Origin: Lytechinus pictus
Taxonomy: Eukaryota
Reading direction: 5' to 3'
NCBI RefSeq assembly: GCF_037042905.1
Contig: NC_087260.1
Span: 21,700,001-21,764,000 of the forward strand
Length of the DNA: 64,000 nucleotides
In this document: positions 12,102 through 24,848 of the stretch, piece by piece
Numbering within the stretch: the stretch's first letter is position 1
Layout of the letters: each line of letters starts with the position of its first letter
The notes under the pieces: model-generated
The model's input: only the letters and a program-made list of their open reading frames with translations
Told to the model about the DNA's origin: nothing
Database searches by the model: none
Made by a program: the position numbers and the translations under genes

Positions 12102-12464
12102 ATACCGTGTTTACACTTGATCGGCTTTTGGTTCAGAACCAAAAGCCGATGCAGAATCGGCTTTTGGTTTGCGTTTGTACACGTTGTTACAGCTCGCGGT
12201 TCAGAACCGCGAGCCGATGCAAAAACCTGAAATGATACGCACACCAACAATATACGTCATAATAAAGACAACACTGGATCCGTGCGCTTACAATTACATC
12301 ACAATGGTAAAGTAAATGAAATGCGCACAAATTGCCGATGCAGAATCGGCTTTCTGTTTACACGTTGTAAAAAAGCCGATTCTGCATCGGCTCGCGGTTC
12401 TGAACCTACTACTTTGGTGGTGCAAATTGCCGGTTCAAAAGCCGATTAAGTGTAAACATGGTAT
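12102..12464. mobile_element. MITE with ~28-bp TIRs and internal palindromes (PIF/Harbinger-like)
   Basis: ATACCGTGTTTACACTTGATCGGCTTTT ... AAAAGCCGATTAAGTGTAAACATGGTAT; TSD unclear. Confidence 0.75.
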
Positions 12465-13028
12465 ATTATTGCAAAATGCGCACTCTGTGTGGAGCTAGTG
12501 ACTGCAGTGTGACGAACGATTCCTATTCATTTTTTTCTACAGAGGCTGCAATAAATCGCTAAATACAGAGAAAACCAGCAACTGTTTGGAATTTTGGAGT
12601 TACATTCACTTTGATTTTATATTTTCCTATAAGAATATGAACATAATTTAGAAGTTTAGGCACAAGAAATACTTTTTCTTTGCATGATAAATTGAGTGCG
12701 TAGCTTTAGGACCCCTTCTAATCGGGCGGCGAAATCAAGAGGTGTTCGGAAAACACGGCGGGATTTTCGTATTAGTGAGTTTTGTGATATTTTCTTTTTG
12801 GTTATGAATCTTAACAATATTTAACACAAATTTGTGAAAGATGATTTGTTAGAATATTAAAATTGGCATAGTTTTTATCGTTTGTAAACAAAGTGCGTAG
12901 CTTTAGGTCCCCCCATCATACTTAACTGATACAAAAATGATTGTGAACTTTTGTTGACTTTTTTATTAAGTTAAGTACAAGTTATATAGAGAAAGTCCAT
13001 GAAACATGACATATCAAATGATACTATA

Positions 13029-13321
13029 CAGGGTGTTTCCAAAAAAGGGGCAACCGAAGTTCAAAGGTCGGTTATATCAAGAATACATGATTTACATGGT
13101 TTCGTGCATTTACATTAAAACCCAAAACTTGGAAAAAGGTTTTGTACCCTTTACCTTTGATGGACCATAACTCTGTGATCCGTGACAACTATTACACAAG
13201 CAAGTAGTCAAATAAAATTGATGAGTTACTCAGTCATGAAAAATAAAAATCACAAGAATATATGATGTTGCCTTGATAAAGCTGACCTTTGAATTTCGGT
13301 TACCTTTTAAAAAACACCCTG
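13029..13321. mobile_element. Tc1/mariner-type MITE
   Basis: TA|CAGGGTGTTT...CAACCGAAGTTCAAAGGTC and GACCTTTGAATTTCGGTTACC...AAACACCCTG|TA; TA TSD. Confidence 0.8.
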
Positions 13322-13524
13322 TATGGTTGGAACTACCCCTTATCGACCAACTAATCTTCTAAGCATCGTATCTGCGAAAATATTCATCAATTTTACCCAG
13401 TTTGCGTCTCATTTATGTAGAAAATTGAGCAGATCAGATTCCCATGTTTCGCTCGGCGACTCCGATTCAATTCGCGTATATATCGACGAACAACGAATAC
13501 GACGATGTTACATTTGCTCATTTG

Positions 13525-13930
13525 CACCCGTCTTTTGAAACCGACCACCCGCGTTACGCTAAGTTTACGGCCGATTCTTGTCGCGGTGGCGAAATATTTT
13601 TACTCTTCAAAATCAGTTTTATGTCAACATGCTAAATTATCGTCTCACTACTTCCACTGCAAGATCCGGCACATGATTCGACGATTGACGACGGATATTT
13701 GTTCTAAAGCCGTTTCCTATCGGATTTCTTGGTTTTTCAGCGGGGTTTTGGTCTGGTCAATACAATTTTGATTAATTCTACTAAATTTTTACTTTTTGTT
13801 ACTTCTTTTTTTTCTCGTAAAATCGATTCTTACCATTTCTATGGACACTGTGCCTACTCTCCCGTGCGCGTATCGTTTGTAATACGCAATTATTTTAACG
13901 CGCGCAAGGTGGTCGGTTTCAAAAGAGGTG
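13525..13930. mobile_element. MITE-like element with inverted ends
   Basis: TCTTTTGAAACCGACCACC (13531) and its reverse complement GGTGGTCGGTTTCAAAAGA (13908-13926). Confidence 0.65.
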
Positions 13931-14105
13931 GTCGATATGTGGTAGTCTCACCATATATAGATCTTGCTCCAGAATTGCATTAAAAACCCGCTGAGGTATA
14001 TACCTACGATTCCTGAATACACATTGCCTATATTCTAGATATGGGCGTGGAGGCCTATAATGGAAGTGTTCTAGAAAACTCATCTATTTGTAGATTCCAA
14101 TTACC

Positions 14106-14108
<3 letters not shown>

Positions 14109-14175
<67 letters not shown>
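14109..14175. repeat. (TA)n microsatellite
   Basis: Pure AT dinucleotide run. Confidence 0.97.
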
Positions 14176-14178
<3 letters not shown>

Positions 14179-14351
14179 TATAAGATAGAACAACCATGAT
14201 AAAGAATAAAACAAACTTGTCGGTCTATATCAAACCGAATGCTTAAACGCATCATATCTACAGTAAGCTAATGACTTTGAAATCTTCAATTCGCCACTTC
14301 TGTTATTTATACCGTTAATCTAGCCTAATTATAGTCCAAAGATAAGTTCCG

Positions 14352-15019
14352 TTACAATCTAGTGGAGATTTCTGCCCTGGTGACGTCATAAGCAAGATTA
14401 TAGACCCCTTGCGACTTCCATTCTTCTGTTAAAATGACGTCAGAAACTGTAGATGGGCTTCCTGCACCGTTTGCATGGTTTGTTTTCCTGGTTTGAACTT
14501 GGTGAATTTCCATAGATTTCTTCCACTTGCTGCGGGAAGGTGCACAGGAAAGAACACGCCAGATAGATTGATAAAACTTCTCGTGCGAGAGAGCGTACAG
14601 GAACGGATTGATGAGACTGTTTAGATGATACAGGCCTTGTGCGACGTGGAACTCGATGATGACGACGGATGGCTCCACGAGACGAGACCCTCCGAAAGCG
14701 ATCCACAACAAGGAAGCGATGTAGAATCCCTGGATGATCGCGAACAGGGAAACAACAAACACGGATGCGCGTAGCACGGCGTGCTTTTGTCTAGAGCGTA
14801 TCTTGCGCGTCGCGTCAGATACGCGTTCGTTTGCAACCCTTTCTTTCCAAATTGTGTACATTATTCCCGTGTAGCAACCAAAGATGATGAGTAGGGGGAT
14901 GACGTACATGAATATAGAGCCAAATGGGATCAAATATCTTGTTCTTGGTTCCATCCACGCTTCAAGCATGTTACCTCCAAATGGAACACCAAAGTATAAC
15001 CCTCCAAAGAAGAACGAAA
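14352..15019 (-). CDS. Kisspeptin-receptor-like GPCR paralogue 2, last coding exon (end of TM4 to C-terminus)
   Basis: Acceptor tttccttacatgtttgcag| at 15020/15019, phase 1; YVIPLLII (TM5); LNSLINPFLY (NPxxY); stop TAA 14354-14352. Spliced CDS 378+136+668 = 1182 nt = 393 aa. Confidence 0.9.
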
Positions 15020-15739
15020 CTGCAAACATGTAAGGAAAAAGAAACACATAACTTCAGTTGAGATAATTGGCCCGAATTCACAAAGGTGTTTTCGAAACCA
15101 TCGGTTGAACCCATGGTTTATGCAGATTTTCTTATCAATTACGCTTACATACCTCGTATAATAAAAAGAAAAATGTCCACTGCTGATGCGTGCTTTTGTC
15201 ACAGTGCGCCAAATTGACTTTAAAATCTGCATAATTATTGTTAGGAGCTTGATAATCTATTATCATTATTTTTATTGTTGTTGTTATTATTATTATAATT
15301 GTATCCTAGTTATTATCATCATCAATCATTACAATCATAGCTTTTATAATGATCAGTATTTATAAAATGCTAATGTCTATTCTTAGCGCTTTTCCAAATA
15401 AGAGAGGTATGCTATTCAATCTAATGAAGATATGAACATACACATATAGATTGGTAGTCCAACAATAAAGCGAATTCTAAAAGCACATTCTGCTGCCTTA
15501 GTTGAGTACGCCATTTTATCCATGAGTCCACTGTTTTGAAAAGTGGATTCATTAATAAAGATAGCATGCTTAACCATAGCAACAGGCGTTAATTTGGCGT
15601 ACTGTGAGTAAGCGCGGATCAGTATCGTCATATTTTTTAGATGTAATTTTAGGCCGATAGATCTTTCGTAAAGTAACGTCGACCTAATGATCTGTCCGCC
15701 AACTCTTCTGTGGCATTCGTAAATTCCCTCATTAGATCT

Positions 15740-15869
15740 GGGTCCCGTAACACAAAGGTAAGTGATTGATCGTCGCTTGATTTTCACGATTGATTGTACA
15801 TTGTAGTCAATGCAATCAATCGTAGAAATATGCTCTACGATCATTGCTAAGTTTTGTGTTACGGGCCCC
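15740..15869. mobile_element. Short PIF/Harbinger-type MITE in GPCR intron
   Basis: GGGTCCCGTAACACAAA ... TTTGTGTTACGGGCCCC inverted ends with CTG/CAG flanks. Confidence 0.7.
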
Positions 15870-16751
15870 AGAATTCGACAAGTTATCACAAAAAAGGATC
15901 AGAGTATAGGGAAACGACAAAATAATCTGTATAGAAGAGCAATTCATACAAAATCATGAAAGGTCTTCAAGAAGCTCCCAAATTATGACGAGGAATGGCG
16001 TAGAGAGCGCTTTCTCTTCTCAAAACATCAGTGACGTTGAATTTGCAACGAACACCGACTATATAACACGTTAATCTAATTCTATGTATATAGCTTAAGT
16101 AATTCCATGTTACAGGAAATATGGTGGGCACTACCAACATACACACATCTCACACATCGTCATACACACACTCACCATTATTCACACACTCCCTATCCTT
16201 TATAGTCCCACCCACCCACACGTTTCCAATCCACAATTTCACACACACACACACTCACCTATACCATACACACACATCTCTCTCACACACTCACACGCAC
16301 GATCTACATTTATCCGGGAGGGGGGCACTTGCATTGATGAAGAAAAGCATAAAAGGGATCTCTTTTTCGAGATTGGGCACGTTACCTACGTAACGTAATT
16401 AATAAGAGTGTCAAAAACACTAAAATACTGAAAAGGGTATGTATTTCGCTAGGAACATGAGGAAAGCTACGTGTTTACGGTCAAATTTGAATGTGCGAGG
16501 GTATAAAAAGAGTCCGATTTGAGCGAGGTGTGGGAGGTGGGGCGGTACTAAGTGATGGTAAAGCCGACGTCCGTGACATAAAAATGACATTGAAATATCG
16601 CTGTACTTGTTTAGGGAGTCAATACAGGGAATATTCGGGTTTGTTTCCGATACTTGTTAAGGGTAGGGTTTCACACGCCAATATAAATTAATTGTAATCA
16701 TTGGAAATGTAAATCAACGAAACGAAATTGATATGAAATGAAATATCTTAC

Positions 16752-16887
16752 AAATCCAGACAACAACGCAAACTACGATAGCAGTTTTCTTGGTCCGAAA
16801 CTTCTTTGATCGTAAAGGATAGACAATAGCAAAGAATCTGTCAATGGTAAGTGCGATCATCATCACAACGGTTGCAGCGGCAGTCAC
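16752..16887 (-). CDS. Kisspeptin-receptor-like GPCR paralogue 2, middle exon (TM3-TM4); absent from the ORF track
   Basis: ttttttaaag|VTAAATVVMMIALTIDRFFAIVYPLRSKKFRTKKTAIVVCVVVWI+T|gtaag; 136 bp, phase 0 to 1; DRF motif. Confidence 0.92.
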
Positions 16888-17035
16888 CTTTAAAAAATGA
16901 ATAAGTTAATAGAATTAGAATATTCAATTCAATTTTCAACGAATTGAAATGTATTCAAATATTTTACGATGTCAAGTTGTTATATTGACTAATAGAAAAT
17001 GGTAATCCATTTTTTATGTTCTTCACATTAATAAT

Positions 17036-17217
17036 NNNNNNNNNNNNNNNNNNNNNNNNNNNNNNNNNNNNNNNNNNNNNNNNNNNNNNNNNNNNNNNNN
17101 NNNNNNNNNNNNNNNNNNNNNNNNNNNNNNNNNNNNNNNNNNNNNNNNNNNNNNNNNNNNNNNNNNNNNNNNNNNNNNNNNNNNNNNNNNNNNNNNNNNN
17201 NNNNNNNNNNNNNNNNN
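17036..17217. other. Assembly gap (182 N) inside GPCR intron
   Basis: N run. Confidence 1.
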
Positions 17218-17323
17218 CAAAAACTAAATAACAAAATCATCAAAGGTATACAGTTGTAGCAGTGATGATGACATTTTTCATATTCGTCAATAAAGGTTGA
17301 AATCATTTATTTTCGAATCTTAC

Positions 17324-17701
17324 CAATTCCATGTAATATACGAAAGCTTGCGGGATGTGGTATTCCGTTGGTTGGAAAGCCCCGATATAATACTCGTAGC
17401 AATTAAGCCCTGCTACAAACAGTAGCACCATCAGATCGGTGACTGCAAGATTCGCAAGGTACATGCTCGGAATCGTCCACATTTCTTTAGTCGCAAGAAT
17501 GATACCGATTACGAGGACGTTGGCGATGACCCCGAAAATGATGTTGAACAACGTGACGAAAAACATGATGGTGGAAAGAAGAATGGTCAGGTCGCATTCG
17601 TCTTCAAGGAAAACGAAAGTGCAGGAATGGTTGGCTACGGTGTCTGTCGTGTAAGACTCGTTCAATCCGATAGTAGTTGCCATTCTTGAAGTTGCATTCA
17701 T
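17324..17701 (-). CDS. Kisspeptin-receptor-like GPCR paralogue 2, first coding exon
   Basis: Acceptor gtctacag| at 17737/17736; ATG 17701-17699 (MNATSRM...); YLANLAVTD; donor TTG|gtaag at 17324/17323. Confidence 0.9.
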
Positions 17702-17888
17702 TGTCAATGTGCAATGGAGCCTACGTTTGTCCAAACCTGTAGACATAATTTATCAAGCGAGGAATAATAAAAAAAATATGATTGTGGTATCGATATCAAC
17801 ATAATTAGGATAGATGTTTGAAGATTAGATGCGAATGCTTGGATTTATATTTCTATATTCTAATATTCTAACCATGCTATGTATTATT

Positions 17889-18717
17889 AACAAGTGGAAC
17901 GCCTCTGGCAGTCTCGCCTGCATTACGCAATTCGATATAGCAGCAGTGCTGCTGCTTTGAAAACAGCTAATGAATAATTATTCACAAAAGAAAGCACTAA
18001 TATGACTTTGACCATGATCTTAAGACCTAAGACATGTGCAAAACAATCATTCATACTTGATTACCCTTATGTCGATGTTTCATGAGCTAGAGCTAGATCA
18101 ATAAACTTTCCAAGTTATGATGACAATTCCACAAATACCATCAACATTACCAAAGTTTGTTGACCCGAAATGACGTTTGACCTTGGTCATGTGACCTGAA
18201 ACTCGCAAAGGATGTTTAAAGATACTTGATCGCTCTTCTATCCAGGTTTCATGAACAAGATCCATAGAATTTCAAAGTTATAATGACAATTCCTCAAATA
18301 CCCCCAACATGGCCAAAGTTCGTTGACCCTAAGTGACATTTGATCTTGGTCATGTGACCTGAAATTCGCACATAATATTTAGGGATACATGGTTAGTCTT
18401 ATGCCCAAGTTTCATGAACTAGATCCATAAACTTTTAAAGTTATGATGACAATTCCTCAAATTACCCCAGCATTGCCAAAGTTTATTGACCCTAAATGAC
18501 CTGTGACCTTAATCATATGACTTGAAACTCAGGCAGGATATTTAGTGATACACTATTACCCTTATGTCCAAGTTTCATGAACTAGGTCTATATACTAGTT
18601 CTTTCTAAGTTAGGATGACAAAAACTTAACCTTGTTTAAGATTTCAATGTTGACGACGCCGGCGTCGCCGTCGGAAAAGCGGCGCCTATAGTCTCTGCTA
18701 TGCAGGCGAGACTATAA
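17889..18717 (-). mobile_element. Helentron-associated non-autonomous element (HINE/DINE-1-like) with internal ~140-bp tandem repeats
   Basis: Subterminal inverted repeats GTCTCGCCTGCA / TGCAGGCGAGAC; reverse-orientation relative of 24849-25839; TGACCTTTGACC-type repeat units. Confidence 0.7.
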
Positions 18718-18917
18718 AAACAAGAAGGTACTGGATTATCGCAGTACAGACCCTAAAGATTATAGGTCAATCGCAAAAGTGGCAAAAATAAAATTTAACA
18801 AGCAAGAGAAAAGGTTTCGTCACTGCCAAAAGGTACCTATTTGCAGTTTCAAAAATAACATAGCAAAAATAAAAAGACAAAAGCAAATACTACAAGTATT
18901 TCCATGGATATCTTCAT

Positions 18918-21850
18918 GGTATATTCTCGGTGCCGGGTAAAAATGGCAGAGGTAATAATGGAAAAGGTAAAAATGGCAGAGGTAATAATGACAGAGGTAA
19001 AAATGGCAGAGGTAAAAATGGCAGAGGTAAAAATGGCAGAGGTAAAAATGGCAGAGGTAAAAATGGCAGAGGTAATAATGGCAGAGGTAAAAATGGCAGA
19101 GGTAAAAATGGCAGAGGTAATAATGGCAGAGGTAAAAATGGCAGAGGTAAAGATCATGACATGCTAGATCAGCAAGGAAAAGATAGAGTCTTTCCAGTTA
19201 ATATCAGTCATAATTATTGACCTTGAATAGACTCCTATCGACAAAATGAGTATTATAAACTGATGAGATAGTATTTGGATTTTTTTATCATTTTATGTCT
19301 ATACTTTATTGTTGATATGATTAAACTCAAACATTTTCATGCCAAAATGATTTCAATTAGTGAGTGATGAAAGGATTTAACTTGGCCAGTTCGTATAGTA
19401 GAACAGCACTTCATCACATACATACCAAACGAATTGTAATGTAAACACCAATGTGCGCTACCATTAAAACACTGAAATAGACGAGTTCGGGATTTCTTTG
19501 AACCACTTGCATAACATGGATAACAGAAAAATAACAAAACGTTCTGTAATACAAGTAATTGTTCATATTTCAACATCATAATGGATCCAAATAGTGTAGT
19601 TGCAGACTTGTTTGAGAGTTCAAATAAAACAAAGACCTCGACGGGAATTTAAAGTTTCATGTCATTTCTTTATTATTCATTCTTTGACTTTTCAATTCCT
19701 TGAATACTTGACACATTCCATGAAACCCTTCCATTCCTTTAATCCCATGAGAACAAGTAAATTCCGTGAAAACTGTGGGTTGAAACAGAGTACAAGAAAG
19801 TAACAAGTACAAGAGCAACATAAATCCTTTACATCATCTATGACTTTAACCAGTGTGATACAATAACTATCTGACTCTGAATGTAAATAATCACAATCCA
19901 GCTCAAATACGACCTATTTAGCAATAAAAGGATATTTGTAACCAAAATGCATACAGCTTAATAACCTTGACAAATGATATTCAATCTAAGTTACATAATT
20001 AAGTGGCATTCATGTATTTAACACCAACACACAAGATGCTTATAAGATGCATGTCTTATCATCATTTAAAATTACTCTATAGCATTATCGGGTGTTTGCC
20101 TTTCAAGTGATATGCATAAATTGACACACATGCTTTCTGTGTAAACTGGTTATGTACTTTCACATACATTAATGCATTAAGCTTTCTTGTGCCATGTCGA
20201 TATGCAAATCAAATTAAATCAGTCTTTCTTGCAATATACATTCATAATTCTTAAATACATATAAATCAATGTTTTAACTAACATCTTTGCCTCCAAAAAT
20301 CTTCTTATAAAAAGCAATCCCGTTTAGGATGCTTCAGATTGATGTAGATTTTACTCCAAAACAAAATCGCCAGCACTGATTCCATTTTATCACCTCTATC
20401 ACCTCAGTTGACCAAGAGATGGCGCTAACAATAGAAACCTCAGGCAAGGCATACACATCACATGCACTGTGTGCACTATGTACAATATATACAAAGGTGT
20501 GTGTGTGCTCACCCAAGCACATTACATATAGAACAAGCATCAAATACCATTAGTCTGATCCTCAGACCCAAGGAGATTCAATTTAAACTGTTGATGGTTT
20601 TTCAGAACAAAACATATTAACAAAGTTTGTACTCAAAACAGCTTTCATAATATTGACATGATACGTATATAGTTTAATATAAATGATATAATAATAGCAA
20701 CTAGTGTTCATTTTTTCAGAGTAATACCTTATTGCAGCTAGTCCTAGTGGATATCAGGTTCATTAGCTAGTTTCTATAGTAACGGTTACCGCATGAATTT
20801 TGAAATGTGTAGTGTATCAGGGATTTAAATGTATAGGTGTTTCTTAGGTACCATTCTATCGACCTGTTTTGAAGGGGAATTCACCCTGACAAATGGTTTA
20901 CTGTGAAAATTGCAGAAAAAAAAATATTGGTGAAGGTTTGCGGAAAACCCATCAAAGATTAAGACAGTTATTAGAAGTTTGAGTTTTTGATCTGTGACGT
21001 CTTATACTAGTAACTACCCCGTATTTTATGCACCAAAATGTCTACTTTTCAATTTTTTTAATCAGTGGTTCATGATTGCTAATAAAAAATCTTTCAGGAG
21101 CGGATGTGAAATCATTTGTATGTTAATATACTTTTCATTTTTTTTTTGAAAATTACATTTCATTGATATTTTTTATTACACCATATATGGTGAAAACTGC
21201 TCGCAAATGACGTCCCCATTAACGTAAAATTTTAGTAGCTTTTTAAATCTTTGATGGATTCCCTAAAACCCTCACCAATATCATTTTAATAAACTTTATG
21301 TCAGTGTGAATTTCCCCTTTAATGAATTAAGTACAATATTTGGGATTCAAAGTGTTCTTCAAATTTGAATATTAGAAGAGCGATTTGACATGAGAAGGTC
21401 GTGCATGTAAGTCCAGGAAAAAAATAAGAAATACCAACTCAAGTGTTATCATTTTTACCTCAGTCATTTTTACCTCTGCCAGTATTACCTCTGCCATTAT
21501 TACCGCTGCTGTCTATTCCTCTGCCATTTTACCTTTGCCATTTTTACCTCTGCCATTTTTTACCTCTGCCATTTTTACCTTTGACATTTCTACCTCTGCC
21601 ATTTTTACCTCTGCCATTTTTACCTCTGCCGTTTTTACCTTTGCCATTTTTACCTCTGCCATTTTTACCTTTATTTTTACCTCTGCCATTTTTACCTTTG
21701 CCATTTCTACCTCTGCCATTTTTACCTCTGCCATTTTTACCTCTGCCGTTTTTACCTTTGCCATTTTTACCTCTGCCATTTTTACCTTTATTTTTACCTC
21801 TGCCATTTTTACCTCTGCCATTTCTACCTCTGCCATTTTTACACCGAGCC
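18918..21850. mobile_element. Foldback-type DNA element with arms of 15-bp tandem repeats (AAAATGGCAGAGGTA)n; Mutator-like TSD
   Basis: Left array ~18937-19150 and inverted right array ~21450-21841; ends GG..CTCGGTG / CACCGAGCC; flanking ATATCTTCAT (18908-18917) and ATATTTTCAT (21851-21860). Confidence 0.75.
20873..21318. mobile_element. Kolobok-type MITE nested in the foldback element
   Basis: AGGGGAATTCACCCTGACA ... TGTCAGTGTGAATTTCCCCT|TTAA; same family as 36249-36693. Confidence 0.75.
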
Positions 21851-22119
21851 ATATTTTCATGCTCTTTTAATTACACTGCCGCATGAAGAGACACTAATCA
21901 CCCTAGGGTCATATGTATAGCTTTGGACTTGTGCCCCAGCCTCCCCCATCCTCCTCCAATCCCCGTACCGACGCCTTACTAAATATATACATTTGTATCT
22001 GTTTACTGATTCTGTTTTTTTGCTTTTTCATCTTTCTCTCTCCGAAACCAGGATGTAAGGACTTACGGCTGAAATATAAAGAAACTTGAGTATAATGTGT
22101 CTGGGTGTCAAATTGTTGA

Positions 22120-22222
22120 TCATAATAATGATAATAATAATAATAATTATAATAATTATAATGCTTTATTTACCCAGGGTAGCCGCTTCAGTAAGAATAC
22201 TGCTTTTCCGGCGGGCCCCTGC
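22120..22222 (-). mobile_element. SINE/LINE 3' tail fragment with (ATT)n
   Basis: Reverse complement of the GCAGGGCCCGC...GGCTACCCTGGGTAAA tail seen at 33365-33420. Confidence 0.6.
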
Positions 22223-24184
22223 ATATATGCATATGACATAACATGTTATTCCAATTTAAATGCTAAATGCATAAGCAAGAAGGCAGAAGGTCCCATTTTT
22301 ATACTTCTTTGGTATGACTCGGCCGAGGATCGACCAACGACCTCCCGTTCATGGGGAGGGCGCTCTTGCATTCAGTCACCATGCCCGTTTATCGTATATC
22401 ATACGGAGCCAGACTGCTGACTGCTCAAAATATTTCTTGCAATGCACTTTAAAAAATTAAGGGCAACAATGCAATAATTTTCTGTATATCACTTTATTAA
22501 CCAAAACTCTTTTTTACGCTTACTTCAACTTTCTAAATAATTGTGTATCCCATCTTCACATAGTAACACACATGTATTCACCCACATTGTAGAGATGTCC
22601 ACAGTGTGGAACCATCATCACACTAACTTTAAGCATTTTAACAGTGTGTATCACTTCTTCACACCATAGTGCCACGTAAACACAATGATAACTCTCACAC
22701 ATTAGAAGTGTGTACAGTGTGGGTCGCATATTCACACACAATCCACTCTGCATGTGAACACACTGTAAACACACTGTGGTGGTAGGCCTACTGTGTTCGA
22801 ATTCCTGCATGGATACTTATACTGTTCACCTTAACCTCCTGAATACCAAATTCACATATTTCCATTGAGTATATACAGGGGATACTCGGTTCCTGTTGGT
22901 CATGGTAGGCAACAGGTTAATTCAGTGTGCAAATTGCTTATTCGTTCTTTAAGCATGTGTGTAGATTAAGAACACGCTTACTTCCCTGGATGCAGCGTCG
23001 GCTTTCCGTTGTCATGGTTACAAATTTTGTAAAGAAAGTAATCCTCAAACTTAACCCATTATAACTTCAGTTGCTTCCAAATCACGTACAGTGCATGTAT
23101 AATAATGAGCATTAAAAGCGAAAACAAAAATTGAAATGCTAATAGCGAGAGAGAGATCATGCTTCAATATACCTAAATAAATACCCCTCGCAGCATTCAA
23201 ATGAAATTTCAGTTAAATTGAAAGAAATTGCACTCTATTTTATTCAACTTGTAGACCTATAGAAATCGAAGTGACAGATCACTCGTTGCTTTGGAATTGA
23301 TATTTAAAACATTTTTCGATTGTATGTATGTGTCATATCAAAATAACCACATTGACATGATTCATTAACCTTGAATAAAGAGACTGTAGTGTTTCTTACT
23401 GCATTTCTTTATCATGTATTCATGATCTTTCTTTATTCATAATATTGTCCACCTGTTCATTTATTCATTGTATATCGAACGGACTTTAACTTCTTAATTT
23501 CGTTTGCAAATGGTAGAAATTAAGATGTTTAATGCCCCTTTACCATCCCACTGGAAGAACAAAACTCGCTAATGTGTGCCTGGATTACTTCAGTTTCGTA
23601 GTATTTCTTCATCGATTTTTTTTTTATAGTACGACGCCCATATTCTCAGTTTTGTTTTTGTATCTTACTATCATTACCGCCTGTTATGTAGCTGTATTAA
23701 TTGTCAAAATGATGACAATAATAATAATACGTTCTTCGGTGCGGAACCCATCAATAAAAAAGAGTACGTAACCCCTATATCATTTATCAAATTCTCCAGA
23801 GCCTAATTAGTTCCCATAACGCCTTAATGGAAAAGGACAATGATTAACGAAGATGGACAATAATCAGACGATGCTAATCAAATAGGGCAGATACGCTGCA
23901 TAGAAGAAAGTTATTTACCAAATTAGAAACCTTGGTACACTTCATGAATATATCATGAAGAGAATGAATATGAGACTGTTTTAATTTTCATCGGCGAGGA
24001 TAGCAGGCATGGACATGATGGATGGTGGATCATTCGTTTTGAAAATGATGATTGCCTGAATCGTTATTATATTGATGTCCTGTTACACCAATGAAACAGA
24101 TTTTAGACAGACCACATCTATTACATTATTTCCAATGATATACTATGGGTCGATTTGGAGTCGGTGATCGTTTGATGTGACTGT

Positions 24185-24430
24185 CGTCTTTCAATCTGAG
24201 GGACATGGGGTTGATTCCTAGCCATGGTGTCTTTACCTTCAGCAAGAAATCTACTCACATTGTGCTACACTCAACCCAGGTGAGGTGAATGAGTACTCGG
24301 TAGGAAGAGACTCCTCGAACGCTTGTGCGCCTCGGTAACTGAGCAAAGGCCGGGTGTAATAATATCAGGGCCTGCTGCATAGAAGACCAGTTTTCGGAAC
24401 TGATTTGGCTACCCTTGGTAAATAATATTT
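24185..24430 (+). mobile_element. Degenerate tRNA-derived SINE
   Basis: Decayed B box plus CCTTCAGCAAGAAAT...CTCAACCCAGGTGAGGTGAATG core shared with the copies at 33158 and 62673. Confidence 0.75.
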
Positions 24431-24848
24431 CACATTATGGTTTTGCCTGTTCCTTTGTCAATGGTTTTATTACACTTCTCTTGCATTGAATTGATGCTTT
24501 GTATCCCTTCTTCCAAAAATCCTCTTTTTCTTTCATTTCTTTTCTTTTTGTCTTTTGTAAATAATTACTCGATTTGTATTCTTCTCTCTCTATCAATATA
24601 ATTGATATCAATCTATCTACCCAACGATCTATCTATTAATCTATCTGTCCGAGTCTGTCTATCTATCTATCGATCTATTTTTCTATCTTTCTATCTATCT
24701 ATAATCATATCTATCTAATGGTCTATCACACTGTCGCCCTCTTTCTCGCTTGCTTATTCTTTTTTCTATTTCTCTCCCTTGCTTTTTTTCATTTCCGTCC
24801 TCCACATGACATACATGTCATAAACTTCCCTCTCTCTATCAATCCCAT

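Noticed and set aside
15416-15889. 157-aa minus-strand ORF in GPCR intron
   Set aside because: Non-ATG start, runs through a MITE, no motifs, and the GPCR splices correctly without it.
18849-19220. Repetitive ORFs (KMAEV, KNGRG, SAIFT); same at 21443-21886
   Set aside because: Open in several frames only because the 15-bp repeat lacks stops; these are transposon arms.
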